From assembly GCA_945872615.1 (NCBI GenBank), contig CAMBZZ010000004.1, positions 80,814 to 144,813 on the forward strand: DNA of 64,000 nucleotides, in the 5' to 3' direction. A model generated the notes under the pieces. The model worked only from the letters and a program-made list of their open reading frames with translations. It did no database searches and was not told the DNA's origin. The first letter of the stretch is position 1, and each line of letters starts with the position of its first letter. Shown here piece after piece: positions 21,067 through 32,605 of the stretch. This DNA comes from an uncultured Clostridia bacterium. Its GTDB lineage: Bacteria; Bacillota; Clostridia; Christensenellales; UBA3700. The position numbers were made by a program, and so were the translations under genes.

Positions 21067-21810
21067 ATGAAGACTTTTACCGTGTCCAAGGCAAGGTTTC
21101 TTGCCGTTACTGCAATCATGGTCGCAGTTGCCAGCGTTTTGCGACTTCTCGACTTCAACGTACCGATTCTCCCTTCGTTTTTGAAGATGGATTTCTCGCT
21201 CACCCCGGCGATAATTTCGACTTTTGCGCTCGGTCCTTTGTCGGGCTTTTTGGTAGTACTATTGACGGAACTTTTGGCTATCACCTCTACGGTTTCCAGC
21301 GGTGTGGGAGAACTTTGCAATATAATGCTCGGCACGTTATTGGTAGTACCCGCGGGGCTCATCTACAACCGCTACACCACCTTCAAAGGCGCGATAGTCG
21401 GCGCACTTACGGGCACCGTGCTTATGTCGCTGCTTAGTCTAGTCACCAACTACTTTATCACCTACCCCGTTTATTACAACTTTATGCCTCAAGAGGTCAT
21501 TTTGGGTATGTATCAAGCGATATTGCCGTCCGTCAAGAGCATCTTCCAATGTCTGTTGATTTTCAACTTACCTCTCACTTTCTGCAAAGGCTTCGCCTCG
21601 TCGCTCATCACCTTCTTGCTCTACAAGAGGCTCTCTCCTATCATCAAGGGCGTCAAGAGCAAAACTCGCAAGGTTGAGCCCGTGGCAGTTGCAGTATCCC
21701 CAACCAATTCGACGACACAAGACGTAGTAGCCGATTGCTCTGCCGAGCAACCCGACGAAGTTACTACGACTTCTAACGACGACCAACCGACCGACCAATC
21801 CAACCAGTAG
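21067..21810 (+). CDS. ribU: Riboflavin transporter, ECF S-component RibU, with an acidic Thr/Asp-rich C-terminal tail
   Basis: 247 aa. FLKMDFSLTPAIISTFALGP is RibU-like, and the gene lies downstream of the FMN riboswitch. Confidence 0.85.
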   Translation: MKTFTVSKARFLAVTAIMVAVASVLRLLDFNVPILPSFLKMDFSLTPAIISTFALGPLSGFLVVLLTELLAITSTVSSGVGELCNIMLGTLLVVPAGLIYNRYTTFKGAIVGALTGTVLMSLLSLVTNYFITYPVYYNFMPQEVILGMYQAILPSVKSIFQCLLIFNLPLTFCKGFASSLITFLLYKRLSPIIKGVKSKTRKVEPVAVAVSPTNSTTQDVVADCSAEQPDEVTTTSNDDQPTDQSNQ

Positions 21811-21850
21811 TTTTGATTATTTCAACGTCTAATGCACGACGGCTATAGTT

Positions 21851-22001
21851 GTCATTATTCTTTGTATCTTTTGAAAAAGCCTCCTTTGTGCAAAGGGAGG
21901 TGGCTCGGCTTGACCGAGACGGAGGAATTGCTCTACTTGTCATTGCGCTGTGTACATTTTGCGTTAGCAAAGTGAGCAAAGCGAGCGTGACAATCTCATC
22001 C
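21851..22001 (+). repeat. Intergenic hairpin-repeat element: a CCTCC..GGAGG module followed by a GTCATTGCG...CAATCTCATC module
   Basis: CCTCCtttgtgcaaagGGAGG at 21880. The unit at 21939-22000 is about 80% identical to the reverse complement of 47598-47659. It belongs to the same family as 37140-37648. Confidence 0.8.
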
Positions 22002-22005
22002 ATAC

Positions 22006-22033
22006 AAAAAGCACACCCCGGGGTGTGCTTAAT
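22006..22033. terminator. Bidirectional terminator between the convergent ribU and deoC genes
   Basis: aaaaaGCACACCCCGGGGTGTGCttaatatt. Confidence 0.7.
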
Positions 22034-22046
22034 ATTGTATCGACAA

Positions 22047-22679
22047 TTATTTCACTATATCTATCGAGGCGCTGGTGCCGAGCCTATCTGCCCCCGCCTC
22101 TATCATTTTGAGTGCGGTTTGCTTATCTCTTATTCCGCCGCTCGCCTTGACTTTTAGACCATCGCAGCTCTTTTTCATCAGAGCAACGTCCTCAACCGTT
22201 GCTCCGCCCGTCGAAAATCCCGTCGAAGTCTTGACAAAGTGCGCGCCCGCCTCGGATGATATATGGCACGCCTTGACTATTTCTTCTTTGGTGAGTAGAC
22301 ATGTTTCCAAAATAACTTTTACAGTTGCTTTGCAGCCGTCCACCACGGCTTTTATATCCTCTTTTACGCCATCGTAGTCCTTATCTTTCATCAGTCCCAC
22401 GTTGATGACCATATCGATCTCACTCGCGCCGTTTTGCACGGCTTCTTTTGCTTCAGCCACTTTGCAACTTGTGGTGGTCGCCCCAAGCGGAAAGCCGACT
22501 ACGCACGCCACGTTGACGTCGCTATCCTTTAGCAATTCACTTGCTTGCTTTACTCTGCACGCGTTTACGCACACGCTGGCAAAGCCGTATTCCACTGCCT
22601 CACGGCACAACTTCTCGACGTCTTCTTTGGTTGCTTGTGCTTTGAGAATAGTATGGTCTATGTATTTTGCTAAGTTCAT
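22047..22679 (-). CDS. deoC: Deoxyribose-phosphate aldolase
   Basis: 210 aa. [11 protein letters not shown]...VKTSTGF contains the Schiff-base Lys region. Confidence 0.9.
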   Translation of the reverse strand: MNLAKYIDHTILKAQATKEDVEKLCREAVEYGFASVCVNACRVKQASELLKDSDVNVACVVGFPLGATTTSCKVAEAKEAVQNGASEIDMVINVGLMKDKDYDGVKEDIKAVVDGCKATVKVILETCLLTKEEIVKACHISSEAGAHFVKTSTGFSTGGATVEDVALMKKSCDGLKVKASGGIRDKQTALKMIEAGADRLGTSASIDIVK

Positions 22680-23965
22680 TTTATTATCTCCAATATCAGT
22701 TTATTTTGTTTAGGTTTTTGGCTACCTATTGCCACGGCACTTTGCACCTTTTCTTTCAAATTTTCGTGCCCGATATGGTTGTAGTAAATTTTTGCAACCG
22801 TGTCGCCTTTAGCCACTTTGTCGCCCACGTTTACAGTCATTTCTACGCCCACCCAAGGGTCTACGGTGTCTTCTATTTTTATTCTACCACCACCCATATC
22901 ACGTACGACTTCGGCTATTTTCATAGCGTCAATATCGTTGACGAATCCGTCGCTCTCAGCCAAAATCTCCGATACGTATCGAGTATTTAGCAGTTTTTCA
23001 GGATTTTTGAGATATTCAATATCACCGCCTTGCTCGGCTATCATACTTTCAAAGATTCGACAAGCTCGTCCACTGCTTACGGCTTCTTCCGCCCTTTCTT
23101 TTGCATTGTCAATGCCTGCCGATTCGAGCAATCTTTCGGCAAGAGCCATCGACACTTCGTAGAGGTTGCCACGGCTTTCGTTCTTCAAAACCTTTAGTGC
23201 TCCGTACACTTCGAGGCTGTTACCCACGTAGTTGCTAAGAGGCACGTTCATATCGGTTACCAAAGCACTGATATTTCTTCCGCTCGCCTTGCCTATAGCC
23301 ACCATCAACTTGGCAAGTTTTACCGCATCCTCTTGATTTTTCATAAATGCGCCCCTACCGCACTTGACGTCTAGCACTATGTTTTTCGCGCCGCCTGCAA
23401 GTTTTTTGGACATTATGGACGAAGCGATAAGCGCCACGCTATCCACCGTCGCAGTAACGTCTCTTAAGGCGTACAACTTTTTGTCTGCAGGACATATTTG
23501 TCCCGTTTGACCCGCCACGGCAATGCCGATTTTATTGACTTGATTGTAGAATTCTTCGGGGCTCATCGACACGCTAAGTCCCTCGATAGCCTCCAACTTG
23601 TCGAGAGTGCCGCCCGTATGTCCCAGACCTCGCCCGCTCATCTTGGCACCAACCAAACCGCACGCCACCACGGTAGGTAAAACGATAAAGGTAGTACTGT
23701 CGCCAACTCCACCCGAACTATGTTTGTCCGCGCTCAAGTCGCCGTAAGCCGACAAGTCAAGTTTGTCGCCGCTATTTGCCATAGCGTTAGTGAGCCAGAC
23801 TGCCTCTTGGTCGGTCATCCCTTTGAGGACTATTGCCATCAACAAAGCAGAAGTTTGATAATCGGCAATCTCGCCGTTCATCAAACCCTCTATCCAAAAT
23901 TCGAGTTGCTCTCTACTCAACTCTTTGCCGACTTTTTTGTCCTCAATTATCTCGATTATATTCAT
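22676..23965 (-). CDS. pdp: Pyrimidine-nucleoside phosphorylase
   Basis: 429 aa. [10 protein letters not shown] and [17 protein letters not shown] are family signatures. Confidence 0.9.
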   Translation of the reverse strand: MNIIEIIEDKKVGKELSREQLEFWIEGLMNGEIADYQTSALLMAIVLKGMTDQEAVWLTNAMANSGDKLDLSAYGDLSADKHSSGGVGDSTTFIVLPTVVACGLVGAKMSGRGLGHTGGTLDKLEAIEGLSVSMSPEEFYNQVNKIGIAVAGQTGQICPADKKLYALRDVTATVDSVALIASSIMSKKLAGGAKNIVLDVKCGRGAFMKNQEDAVKLAKLMVAIGKASGRNISALVTDMNVPLSNYVGNSLEVYGALKVLKNESRGNLYEVSMALAERLLESAGIDNAKERAEEAVSSGRACRIFESMIAEQGGDIEYLKNPEKLLNTRYVSEILAESDGFVNDIDAMKIAEVVRDMGGGRIKIEDTVDPWVGVEMTVNVGDKVAKGDTVAKIYYNHIGHENLKEKVQSAVAIGSQKPKQNKLILEIIK

Positions 23966-24317
23966 CGCCTCTCCTAATTTTGCACGATTTTATCAACGCC
24001 CTAATTTCGTCGGGATTAGCGGACTGTTGCTTTTTTAGTTTGCTAGCCTTGTAATAAATATCGCAATCGAAGCAAATCACCGCTCGAATACCCAACTCTT
24101 GTGCAATATCCTCCGTCAATTCTTCTACGAGTTTTTGCCTTTGACTGCGACTATATATAGGCATCGTCGTCACGCACACCAAAGCCTCGTCGTCCACTAC
24201 GAGACATATCGCCGTTTCTATCAAGTCGTTTTGCACTACGCGACTTTCAATCATCGCCTCGACGTTATTACCGCTTACCGCTACTGCCATACAAAGAGCC
24301 AACGCTAAAGTTTTCAT
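23943..24317 (-). CDS. Small secreted/lipoprotein-like protein, possibly of the YhcN/YlaJ sporulation family
   Basis: Signal-like MKTLALALCMAVAVSG preceded by the SD AAAGGG. The overall pattern resembles YlaJ. The track start at 24353 lacks an SD. Confidence 0.4.
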   Translation of the reverse strand: MKTLALALCMAVAVSGNNVEAMIESRVVQNDLIETAICLVVDDEALVCVTTMPIYSRSQRQKLVEELTEDIAQELGIRAVICFDCDIYYKASKLKKQQSANPDEIRALIKSCKIRRGDEYNRDN

Positions 24318-24431
24318 ACCCTTTATATGTGCAAAAATCAAACTATTATTCACTAAAAATTATCGCTCGTATAAACCGATACTCTCTAGTTACGCCTATC
24401 GGTTTCCCGCTTCGATTGTTTTTTCAATAAC

Positions 24432-24460
24432 ATTATAATATACTCACTTTGTATTTTCAA
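24432..24460 (-). promoter_or_regulatory. Sigma-A-type promoter for the ylaJ-like-pdp-deoC operon
   Basis: Minus strand reads TTGAAA (24460-24455), a 17-nt spacer, then TATAAT (24437-24432). Confidence 0.5.
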
Positions 24461-24467
24461 TACCAGT

Positions 24468-25355
24468 TCAATATTTTATATCGAAATAATCGAGATATTT
24501 TTTGAATTTATCTTGTGCAAAATGGCAAGTATCCCGCAAATATCCTCTCTCATTCTCCCACTCTCTCAATCCACGATAATAGAACATTTTTAGTTCCTCT
24601 TCTATAACAAACGGAACGTACCCGCAACGCAAACACTCCTTCAAAACAATCAATCTTCCTACTCTACCATTACCGTCTTGAAAGGGGTGTATACGCTCGA
24701 ATTTATAATGGAAGTCAAGTATATCGTCAAAGGTTGGCTTTTCTATTTCGTTGTACTCGGCAAGTAATTTTGCCATTTTACGACCGACTTCTTCGGGTTT
24801 AATCGTCTCTCTGCCACCTACTTCGTTTGGCAATCCTTTGTATTCGCCAACCCTAAACCAACTCAATCTACTATCGCTCGTTCCGTTCTTCAGTGTTCTA
24901 TGCAATTCCTTTATAAGGTTCTCGGACAGTTTCTTTTTCGCGCAATCGATGACTATATCTATACACCTAAAGTGATTGGCTGTCTCGACTACGTCGTCTA
25001 CCCTAACGGCTTCAACGATACCGATAGTATTGGTCTCAAAAATATATCGGGTTTGCTCGTGCGTAAGTTTACTTCCTTCGATATGATTGGAGTTATACGT
25101 CAGGTCAATTTGTATCTTATGATAGATACCGCCCGATATACGATTATTTTTTTCAATACGCAAAATATCAAGCAAACTTTTCGGTTGCTCTATTTTTTTA
25201 TTACTTCTATCGGGCTTAGTTGCGTCTTCGGGTATATTCCAAGTTTTGCCCGTCAAAAAGGCGCCGTTGATTTTGCCTTGCGCGCAATAGTAGCGTACGC
25301 TTCGCTCGGAAATATTCCACTTTTTTGCTATTTGAACTACCGATAAATATCTCAT
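24468..25355 (-). CDS. Fic-family protein (AMPylase-type) with an N-terminal HTH domain
   Basis: 295 aa. The Fic motif is HPFQDGNGRVGRL. An inhibitory-helix-type motif SNHIEG (S/TxxxE[G/N]) lies N-terminal to the core. The N-terminal HTH is VVQIAKKWNISERSVRYYC. The gene is AT-rich. Confidence 0.85.
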   Translation of the reverse strand: MRYLSVVQIAKKWNISERSVRYYCAQGKINGAFLTGKTWNIPEDATKPDRSNKKIEQPKSLLDILRIEKNNRISGGIYHKIQIDLTYNSNHIEGSKLTHEQTRYIFETNTIGIVEAVRVDDVVETANHFRCIDIVIDCAKKKLSENLIKELHRTLKNGTSDSRLSWFRVGEYKGLPNEVGGRETIKPEEVGRKMAKLLAEYNEIEKPTFDDILDFHYKFERIHPFQDGNGRVGRLIVLKECLRCGYVPFVIEEELKMFYYRGLREWENERGYLRDTCHFAQDKFKKYLDYFDIKY

Positions 25356-25394
25356 AATTTCATTATATCCGTTATCGGCAAAAAAGTAAATATG

Positions 25395-25414
25395 TTTATC
25401 TAATTTTAGATAAA
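25395..25414. promoter_or_regulatory. Perfect 9-2-9 palindrome upstream of the HTH-Fic gene (operator candidate)
   Basis: TTTATCTAA-tt-TTAGATAAA, 40-59 nt upstream of the Fic ATG. Confidence 0.4.
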
Positions 25415-25455
25415 TTTTGCCGATATAGGCAATTTTTAATAGAAAAATGCCAAAT

Positions 25456-25483
25456 ACAAAAAGACAGTCCCGAGGACTGTCTA
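25456..25483 (-). terminator. Rho-independent terminator of rsfS
   Basis: Minus strand reads AGACAGTCC-tcg-GGACTGTCT-TTTTGT. Confidence 0.75.
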
Positions 25484-25566
25484 CAAATATACTTTATTTA
25501 GTATACAAAATTATGGCGAATATTATAAGCTTACGCCAAATATCAAAAGTCCTAATTCTTCAAAGA

Positions 25567-25908
25567 TTATTCTCCGCTATATCTGGTTACGTTAGTTCCG
25601 TCAGACCAAAGTTGCTCCAAAGAATACAATCTTCTCGTCTCTTCGTGGAAGATATGCACTATGACGTCGCCGTAGTCTACTACCGCCCATCTACCCTCTT
25701 GTTTGCCCTCGCTTCTAAGAGGCTCTCTGCCTAGTTTGGACATTTCGTCGTCCACGTAGTTGGCAAGAGCCTTGACTTGAGTAGTCGAACGACCGGAGCA
25801 AATAATAAAGTCGTCGGCAATAACGGTGAGGTGTCTTATATCCACCACCACAATGTCTTGCGCCTTTTTGCTGTCGAGTATTTTGCAAATTTCTTGTGTA
25901 ATATTCAT
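25567..25908 (-). CDS. rsfS: Ribosome silencing factor RsfS
   Basis: 113 aa. DIVVVDIRHLTVIADDFIICSG...WAVVDYGDVIVHIF is typical of RsfS. Confidence 0.9.
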   Translation of the reverse strand: MNITQEICKILDSKKAQDIVVVDIRHLTVIADDFIICSGRSTTQVKALANYVDDEMSKLGREPLRSEGKQEGRWAVVDYGDVIVHIFHEETRRLYSLEQLWSDGTNVTRYSGE

Positions 25909-25939
25909 ATTTTTCCTCTAGTTTTTATTTATTTATTTT

Positions 25940-27079
25940 TTATCGTTTTTGGTCGCGATAATATTCCACCGCCAGCACAGTCGTCGGATAAATATCACCG
26001 CCGCGATTGACGAGATAGGCGTATTGGTGTTCCATGCACGCCACGAAGCCTTGGTGCAAATCATGCGAGATAATGTCTCTCAACTCGTCCACACCCTCGA
26101 AGTCCCTATCCTCTTCCAACATATCGGCGCAGAAAATCAACTTGTCGAGGTCTGTCATATTGGGTTTGGCGGTGGTGTGGTATTTGATTGCTTCCAAAAC
26201 CTCGTCGTCTTTTATACCAAACTCTTTTCTTGCCACCACGCTACCCGCAAACTGATGATAAACCGGCGTATTCTCGCTATCGGTAGGTATTGACGGGTCG
26301 TCCACATGTCTTACTCTCTTAGCACAATCATGCAAAAGTCCCGCTGCCAAAATCTTATCGGTATCCAGTCCCAACTTCAAATCGCTATTGAGTTTCAGCG
26401 CGCAGTAGGCTACTCTCAGACAATGCTTGTAAGTCCTCTCTCCCGTCAATTCTTTGAGTTTGTCGGCAAGCTTAGCCGTCAACTTTTGCTCCATACGTAT
26501 CGACTTATCGACGTATAATTTATTTTTTTCGATATACTCGGCAACCTCTATCGGTACGTTACGCACTAAGCCCAGACGGCTCTCTAATCTCACTATCGTT
26601 GACGATATATCCTTAGGGACAAATCGCTCTACCACTACGTCCGCGCCCTTTTCTCTCCAAAACTTGCTCGCCTCATCCACCTCGGCTTGTCTATCTCCTC
26701 TATCGAAGACAACCAACTTGACTTGACTTATTATTTGATAAGGGTTTTTCCACTTGCCGAGGTCAATCAAGCTATCTCCGCCGATGACGAAATCAAACTC
26801 ACCTATTCTTTCTTTGTACAGCGGAATGGTGATATAACTATAATTGTCGTCGGGTCTATCCCTTTCTAGGTCGCATATCTGCATATCCTCACGCCCACGG
26901 ATAGCGATTTTTAGCATCTCGCATCTAGTATCGAAGCGATTGTCGCATTGCTTGTAGGCGGGGTTGTTGGAAGGTGCCAACACCACCCTATCGTAGCCGT
27001 GCGATAGCAAATACTCAGCCATTTGTATATGTCCGTCGTGAACGGGATTAAAAGTTCCCCCAAACAAAGCAGTTTTCAT
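25940..27079 (-). CDS. nadD: Fusion of nicotinate-nucleotide adenylyltransferase (NadD) and an HD-domain phosphohydrolase (YqeK-like)
   Basis: The N-terminus LFGGTFNPVHDGH is the NadD (H/T)xGH motif. The C-terminal half, KHCLRVAY...GLLHDCAK...YHT, is YqeK-type HD. The track start at 27097 is TTG, and the ATG is at 27079. Confidence 0.85.
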   Translation of the reverse strand: MKTALFGGTFNPVHDGHIQMAEYLLSHGYDRVVLAPSNNPAYKQCDNRFDTRCEMLKIAIRGREDMQICDLERDRPDDNYSYITIPLYKERIGEFDFVIGGDSLIDLGKWKNPYQIISQVKLVVFDRGDRQAEVDEASKFWREKGADVVVERFVPKDISSTIVRLESRLGLVRNVPIEVAEYIEKNKLYVDKSIRMEQKLTAKLADKLKELTGERTYKHCLRVAYCALKLNSDLKLGLDTDKILAAGLLHDCAKRVRHVDDPSIPTDSENTPVYHQFAGSVVARKEFGIKDDEVLEAIKYHTTAKPNMTDLDKLIFCADMLEEDRDFEGVDELRDIISHDLHQGFVACMEHQYAYLVNRGGDIYPTTVLAVEYYRDQKR

Positions 27080-27160
27080 AGTTTTATTATATATCAAAAT
27101 GCTACGATTATCAATATCAAATTTAGTTTAGATAGCGATTTTTTTGGCAATAATGCCGAT

Positions 27161-27997
27161 ATGGGCAATTTCTTTGACAAAATGTGGCTGATAATCATAG
27201 GTTTTTTAGCTATAATAGTAATTACGAGTTTTGCAGGGCTAAAATTGTGGCAATGTCTACTTATAGCCTTTAGCATATCTACGCTAGCGAGCTTTTTCGT
27301 CATGACTATCAATCGTCCCTATCGCAAAACTATGCGATACGGCGACTGGGTTACATACTGCGCCATTCACGGCAAAGGTTATCTCGTATCGCTTCTTGCT
27401 CGGCTATCTCCGAATTCGAATATAGTTGACGGCAAAGACTATGTACTAATTGACGGACAAGCGGTATTTTTGTGGGCGAAATTTTCGGCAATCTCCCCCG
27501 ATTCTATTGCCAATATGTGCTCGATATGTATCAAAGACGGCTATAATTTTGCCTACGTATTATGCACCGAGAGCAACAAAAATTCACTATATTTTGCCCA
27601 AAGAATCTCCGATATAAGGCTTGAGTTTTGCAATCTAAAAATAGTCTACAAGTCCGCCGTCAAGCAAGGACTTCTTCCTAAGCGTTCTCAACGCCCTAGT
27701 TTCAAATATCTTATCTCTACGATTTTTCACTCATTGCTCGACCGCAGCAACGTCAAACGCTTCGTATTCGTATCGATAATATTGCTGATATTTAGTTTCA
27801 TCACGCCGCTATCCACTTACTATCTCGTCATCTCGTCTATTGCTCTTGTTCTTGCCCTACTCTGTCTAGTCAAAGACGCCTTTGGCAACGTCGATAGTCG
27901 TAGTGACCCGCCCGACTTTGATGCCCTATCTCCTACCGAATCTACGTCAGACGTCTCTGCTTCCGTAGGTAAGGATACGACTAACGATATTCAATAA
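27161..27997 (+). CDS. Hypothetical membrane protein: two N-terminal and two C-terminal TM helices around a ~150-aa cytoplasmic domain
   Basis: The ATG at 27161 (MGNFFDKMWLIIIGFLAI...) avoids overlap with nadD. The track start at 27023 lies inside nadD. No family was recognised. Confidence 0.55.
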   Translation: MGNFFDKMWLIIIGFLAIIVITSFAGLKLWQCLLIAFSISTLASFFVMTINRPYRKTMRYGDWVTYCAIHGKGYLVSLLARLSPNSNIVDGKDYVLIDGQAVFLWAKFSAISPDSIANMCSICIKDGYNFAYVLCTESNKNSLYFAQRISDIRLEFCNLKIVYKSAVKQGLLPKRSQRPSFKYLISTIFHSLLDRSNVKRFVFVSIILLIFSFITPLSTYYLVISSIALVLALLCLVKDAFGNVDSRSDPPDFDALSPTESTSDVSASVGKDTTNDIQ

Positions 27998-28133
27998 TAG
28001 ACAATCAACGCCAATTCGTCATTCAATTTACGACAACCGACCGTTAGCCAACGTCAGTCGACAAAATCAATTCAACAACTATCGATAATCGGTCAAAATC
28101 CCTAAAATACCAAACGATAGGCACCAACTTATC

Positions 28134-28160
28134 CAAACAAAAGACGCCGTTTGGCGTCTA
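28134..28160 (-). terminator. Rho-independent terminator of yhbY
   Basis: Minus strand reads AGACGCC-aaac-GGCGTCT-TTTGTTTG. Confidence 0.7.
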
Positions 28161-28211
28161 TATTATTAGATATTATATTAAACAATCGAGTTATCTTAGG
28201 CAAAGTATCGC

Positions 28212-28499
28212 TTACAATATATGCTTTACGTCTTTTCTTTTGGATACGCGATACAGCGTAATCTTGTTGCCTAGTGCTTGCACGGGCTGTGCGTTGACGC
28301 TTTCGGCTATTTCCGCAATGACGTCTTTCGCGCCGAAGTCGGCGTTTTTGAGTACGTTGATTTTTATCAACTCTTTGGCTTCCAACTGTTCGTCAATCTC
28401 TTGTATAAGGCTCTCCGTCAGTCCGTTTTTACCAATCGTCACCACAGGCTCGATAGTCATAGCCAATCCTCTGAGTTTTGCTCTTTCACTACTTGTCAT
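28212..28499 (-). CDS. yhbY: CRM/YhbY-family RNA-binding protein
   Basis: MTSSERAKLRGLAMTIEPVVTIGKNGLTESLIQEI...ELIKINVL is typical of YhbY. The start was moved to the ATG at 28499 so it does not overlap obg. Confidence 0.85.
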   Translation of the reverse strand: MTSSERAKLRGLAMTIEPVVTIGKNGLTESLIQEIDEQLEAKELIKINVLKNADFGAKDVIAEIAESVNAQPVQALGNKITLYRVSKRKDVKHIL

Positions 28500-28507
28500 A
28501 ATGCCTC

Positions 28508-31155
<2,648 letters not shown>

Positions 31156-31157
31156 AA

Positions 31158-31973
31158 TTAACCTCTCAATCTACATTTTTCTTCGTGTTCTTTGTAGAAG
31201 CCCGCTCTATTCATAGCCTCGGCAAAGTCCACCTTGTGTCCGTCAAATTCGGGACCGTCCACGCAAGCGTATTTGGTTTCTCCGCCCACGGTCAATCTAC
31301 AACCTCCGCACATACCCGTGCCGTCGACCATTACGCAGTTCATGCTGACGATGGTAGGAATGTTGTATTTGCGCGTCAATTCGCTGACGTTGCGCATCAT
31401 AATCATAGGACCTACGACGAATACGCAGTCAATCTTTTTGCCCTCGTCGATGAGTTGTTGAAGCACGGTGGTTACGAAGCCCTTGGTGCCCATAGAGCCG
31501 TCGTCGGTAGCGATATAGGTATTGTCGCTGTTGGCTCTAAACTCGTCGATATTAAATAGCAATTCCTTAGTTCTCGCACCCATGATGACGTCGCACTTTT
31601 GACCCTTTTTGGTACGAAGTTTGGCTTGTGGATAGATAACCGCACAGCCGATACCGCCGCCAACCAACACGACGTTTTCGTACGCGTCGAGTTCGGTTGC
31701 GTTGCCGAGAGGTCCGACCATATCGTGAAGGCTGTCGCCCACTTTGAGCATAGCCATTTTGTGAGTAGAATAACCTACTTCTTGCACGAGCAAGGTGATA
31801 GTACCCTTTTCTCTGTCGAAGTCACAGATAGTAAAAGGCACTCTTTCGCCGTTCTCGTCAACTCTCAAGATGATAAACTGTCCCGGTAAGCAATGTCTTG
31901 CAATGTCGGGATTTTCGATGACGTACTCCTTAACTCTAGGAGCGATGTCTTTGATGTTGAGAATCTTATTCAT
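31158..31973 (-). CDS. nfnA: Ferredoxin-NADP reductase-like FAD/[2Fe-2S] subunit (NfnA/SudB family)
   Basis: 271 aa. It has a PyrK-like fold with a C-terminal CGGCRL...YACVDGP cluster, directly upstream of nfnB. Confidence 0.8.
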   Translation of the reverse strand: MNKILNIKDIAPRVKEYVIENPDIARHCLPGQFIILRVDENGERVPFTICDFDREKGTITLLVQEVGYSTHKMAMLKVGDSLHDMVGPLGNATELDAYENVVLVGGGIGCAVIYPQAKLRTKKGQKCDVIMGARTKELLFNIDEFRANSDNTYIATDDGSMGTKGFVTTVLQQLIDEGKKIDCVFVVGPMIMMRNVSELTRKYNIPTIVSMNCVMVDGTGMCGGCRLTVGGETKYACVDGPEFDGHKVDFAEAMNRAGFYKEHEEKCRLRG

Positions 31974-32605
31974 TTTTTCACTTCCTTTATATATTTACAA
32001 TATTTTTTTATCAAGCACTCATCGCACTTGGGTTTTTGACTACTACATACGTGTCTGCCGTGATGAATCAACAAGTGGTGCAGATGCGACCAATACTCTT
32101 CGGGCACGGCGCTCATCAAGGCTTTTTCCGCCGCTAGCGGATTGTCGCTATCCACAAAGCCCAATCGATTGGACAGTCTCAATACGTGCGTATCCACGGC
32201 AATGGCGTTGCCTCCAAAGCCCACGGCGTAGACGACGTTAGCCGTCTTTCTTCCCACGCCCGCAAGGCTCATAAGGTCGTCGATATTGCTTGGCACCTCG
32301 CCGCCGAATCTATCTACTATATCCTTGGAACAAGCGATTATATTTTTAGCCTTATTGTGATAGAATCCGCAACTAAAAATCATCTTTTCCAGTTGCTCTA
32401 TATCTATTTTAGCCATTTGCTCGGGAGTATTGACCACGGCAAACAATTTTTTGGTCACAATATTGACTCTTTTGTCGGTACATTGCGCCGACAGTATCAC
32501 CGCCACCAACAGCTCGTATATGCTACTATATTCCAGCTCGCACACGGCGTTTGGGTGTTGCTTATCAAGCAAATCTATCAGGTCTTTTACTTCATTGTTT
32601 GTCAT
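31970..32605 (-). CDS. nth: Endonuclease III
   Basis: 211 aa. It has the HhH-GPD motif (LMSLAGVGRKTANVV) and a C-terminal CxxxxxxCxxCxxxxxC cluster. Confidence 0.9.
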   Translation of the reverse strand: MTNNEVKDLIDLLDKQHPNAVCELEYSSIYELLVAVILSAQCTDKRVNIVTKKLFAVVNTPEQMAKIDIEQLEKMIFSCGFYHNKAKNIIACSKDIVDRFGGEVPSNIDDLMSLAGVGRKTANVVYAVGFGGNAIAVDTHVLRLSNRLGFVDSDNPLAAEKALMSAVPEEYWSHLHHLLIHHGRHVCSSQKPKCDECLIKKYCKYIKEVKK

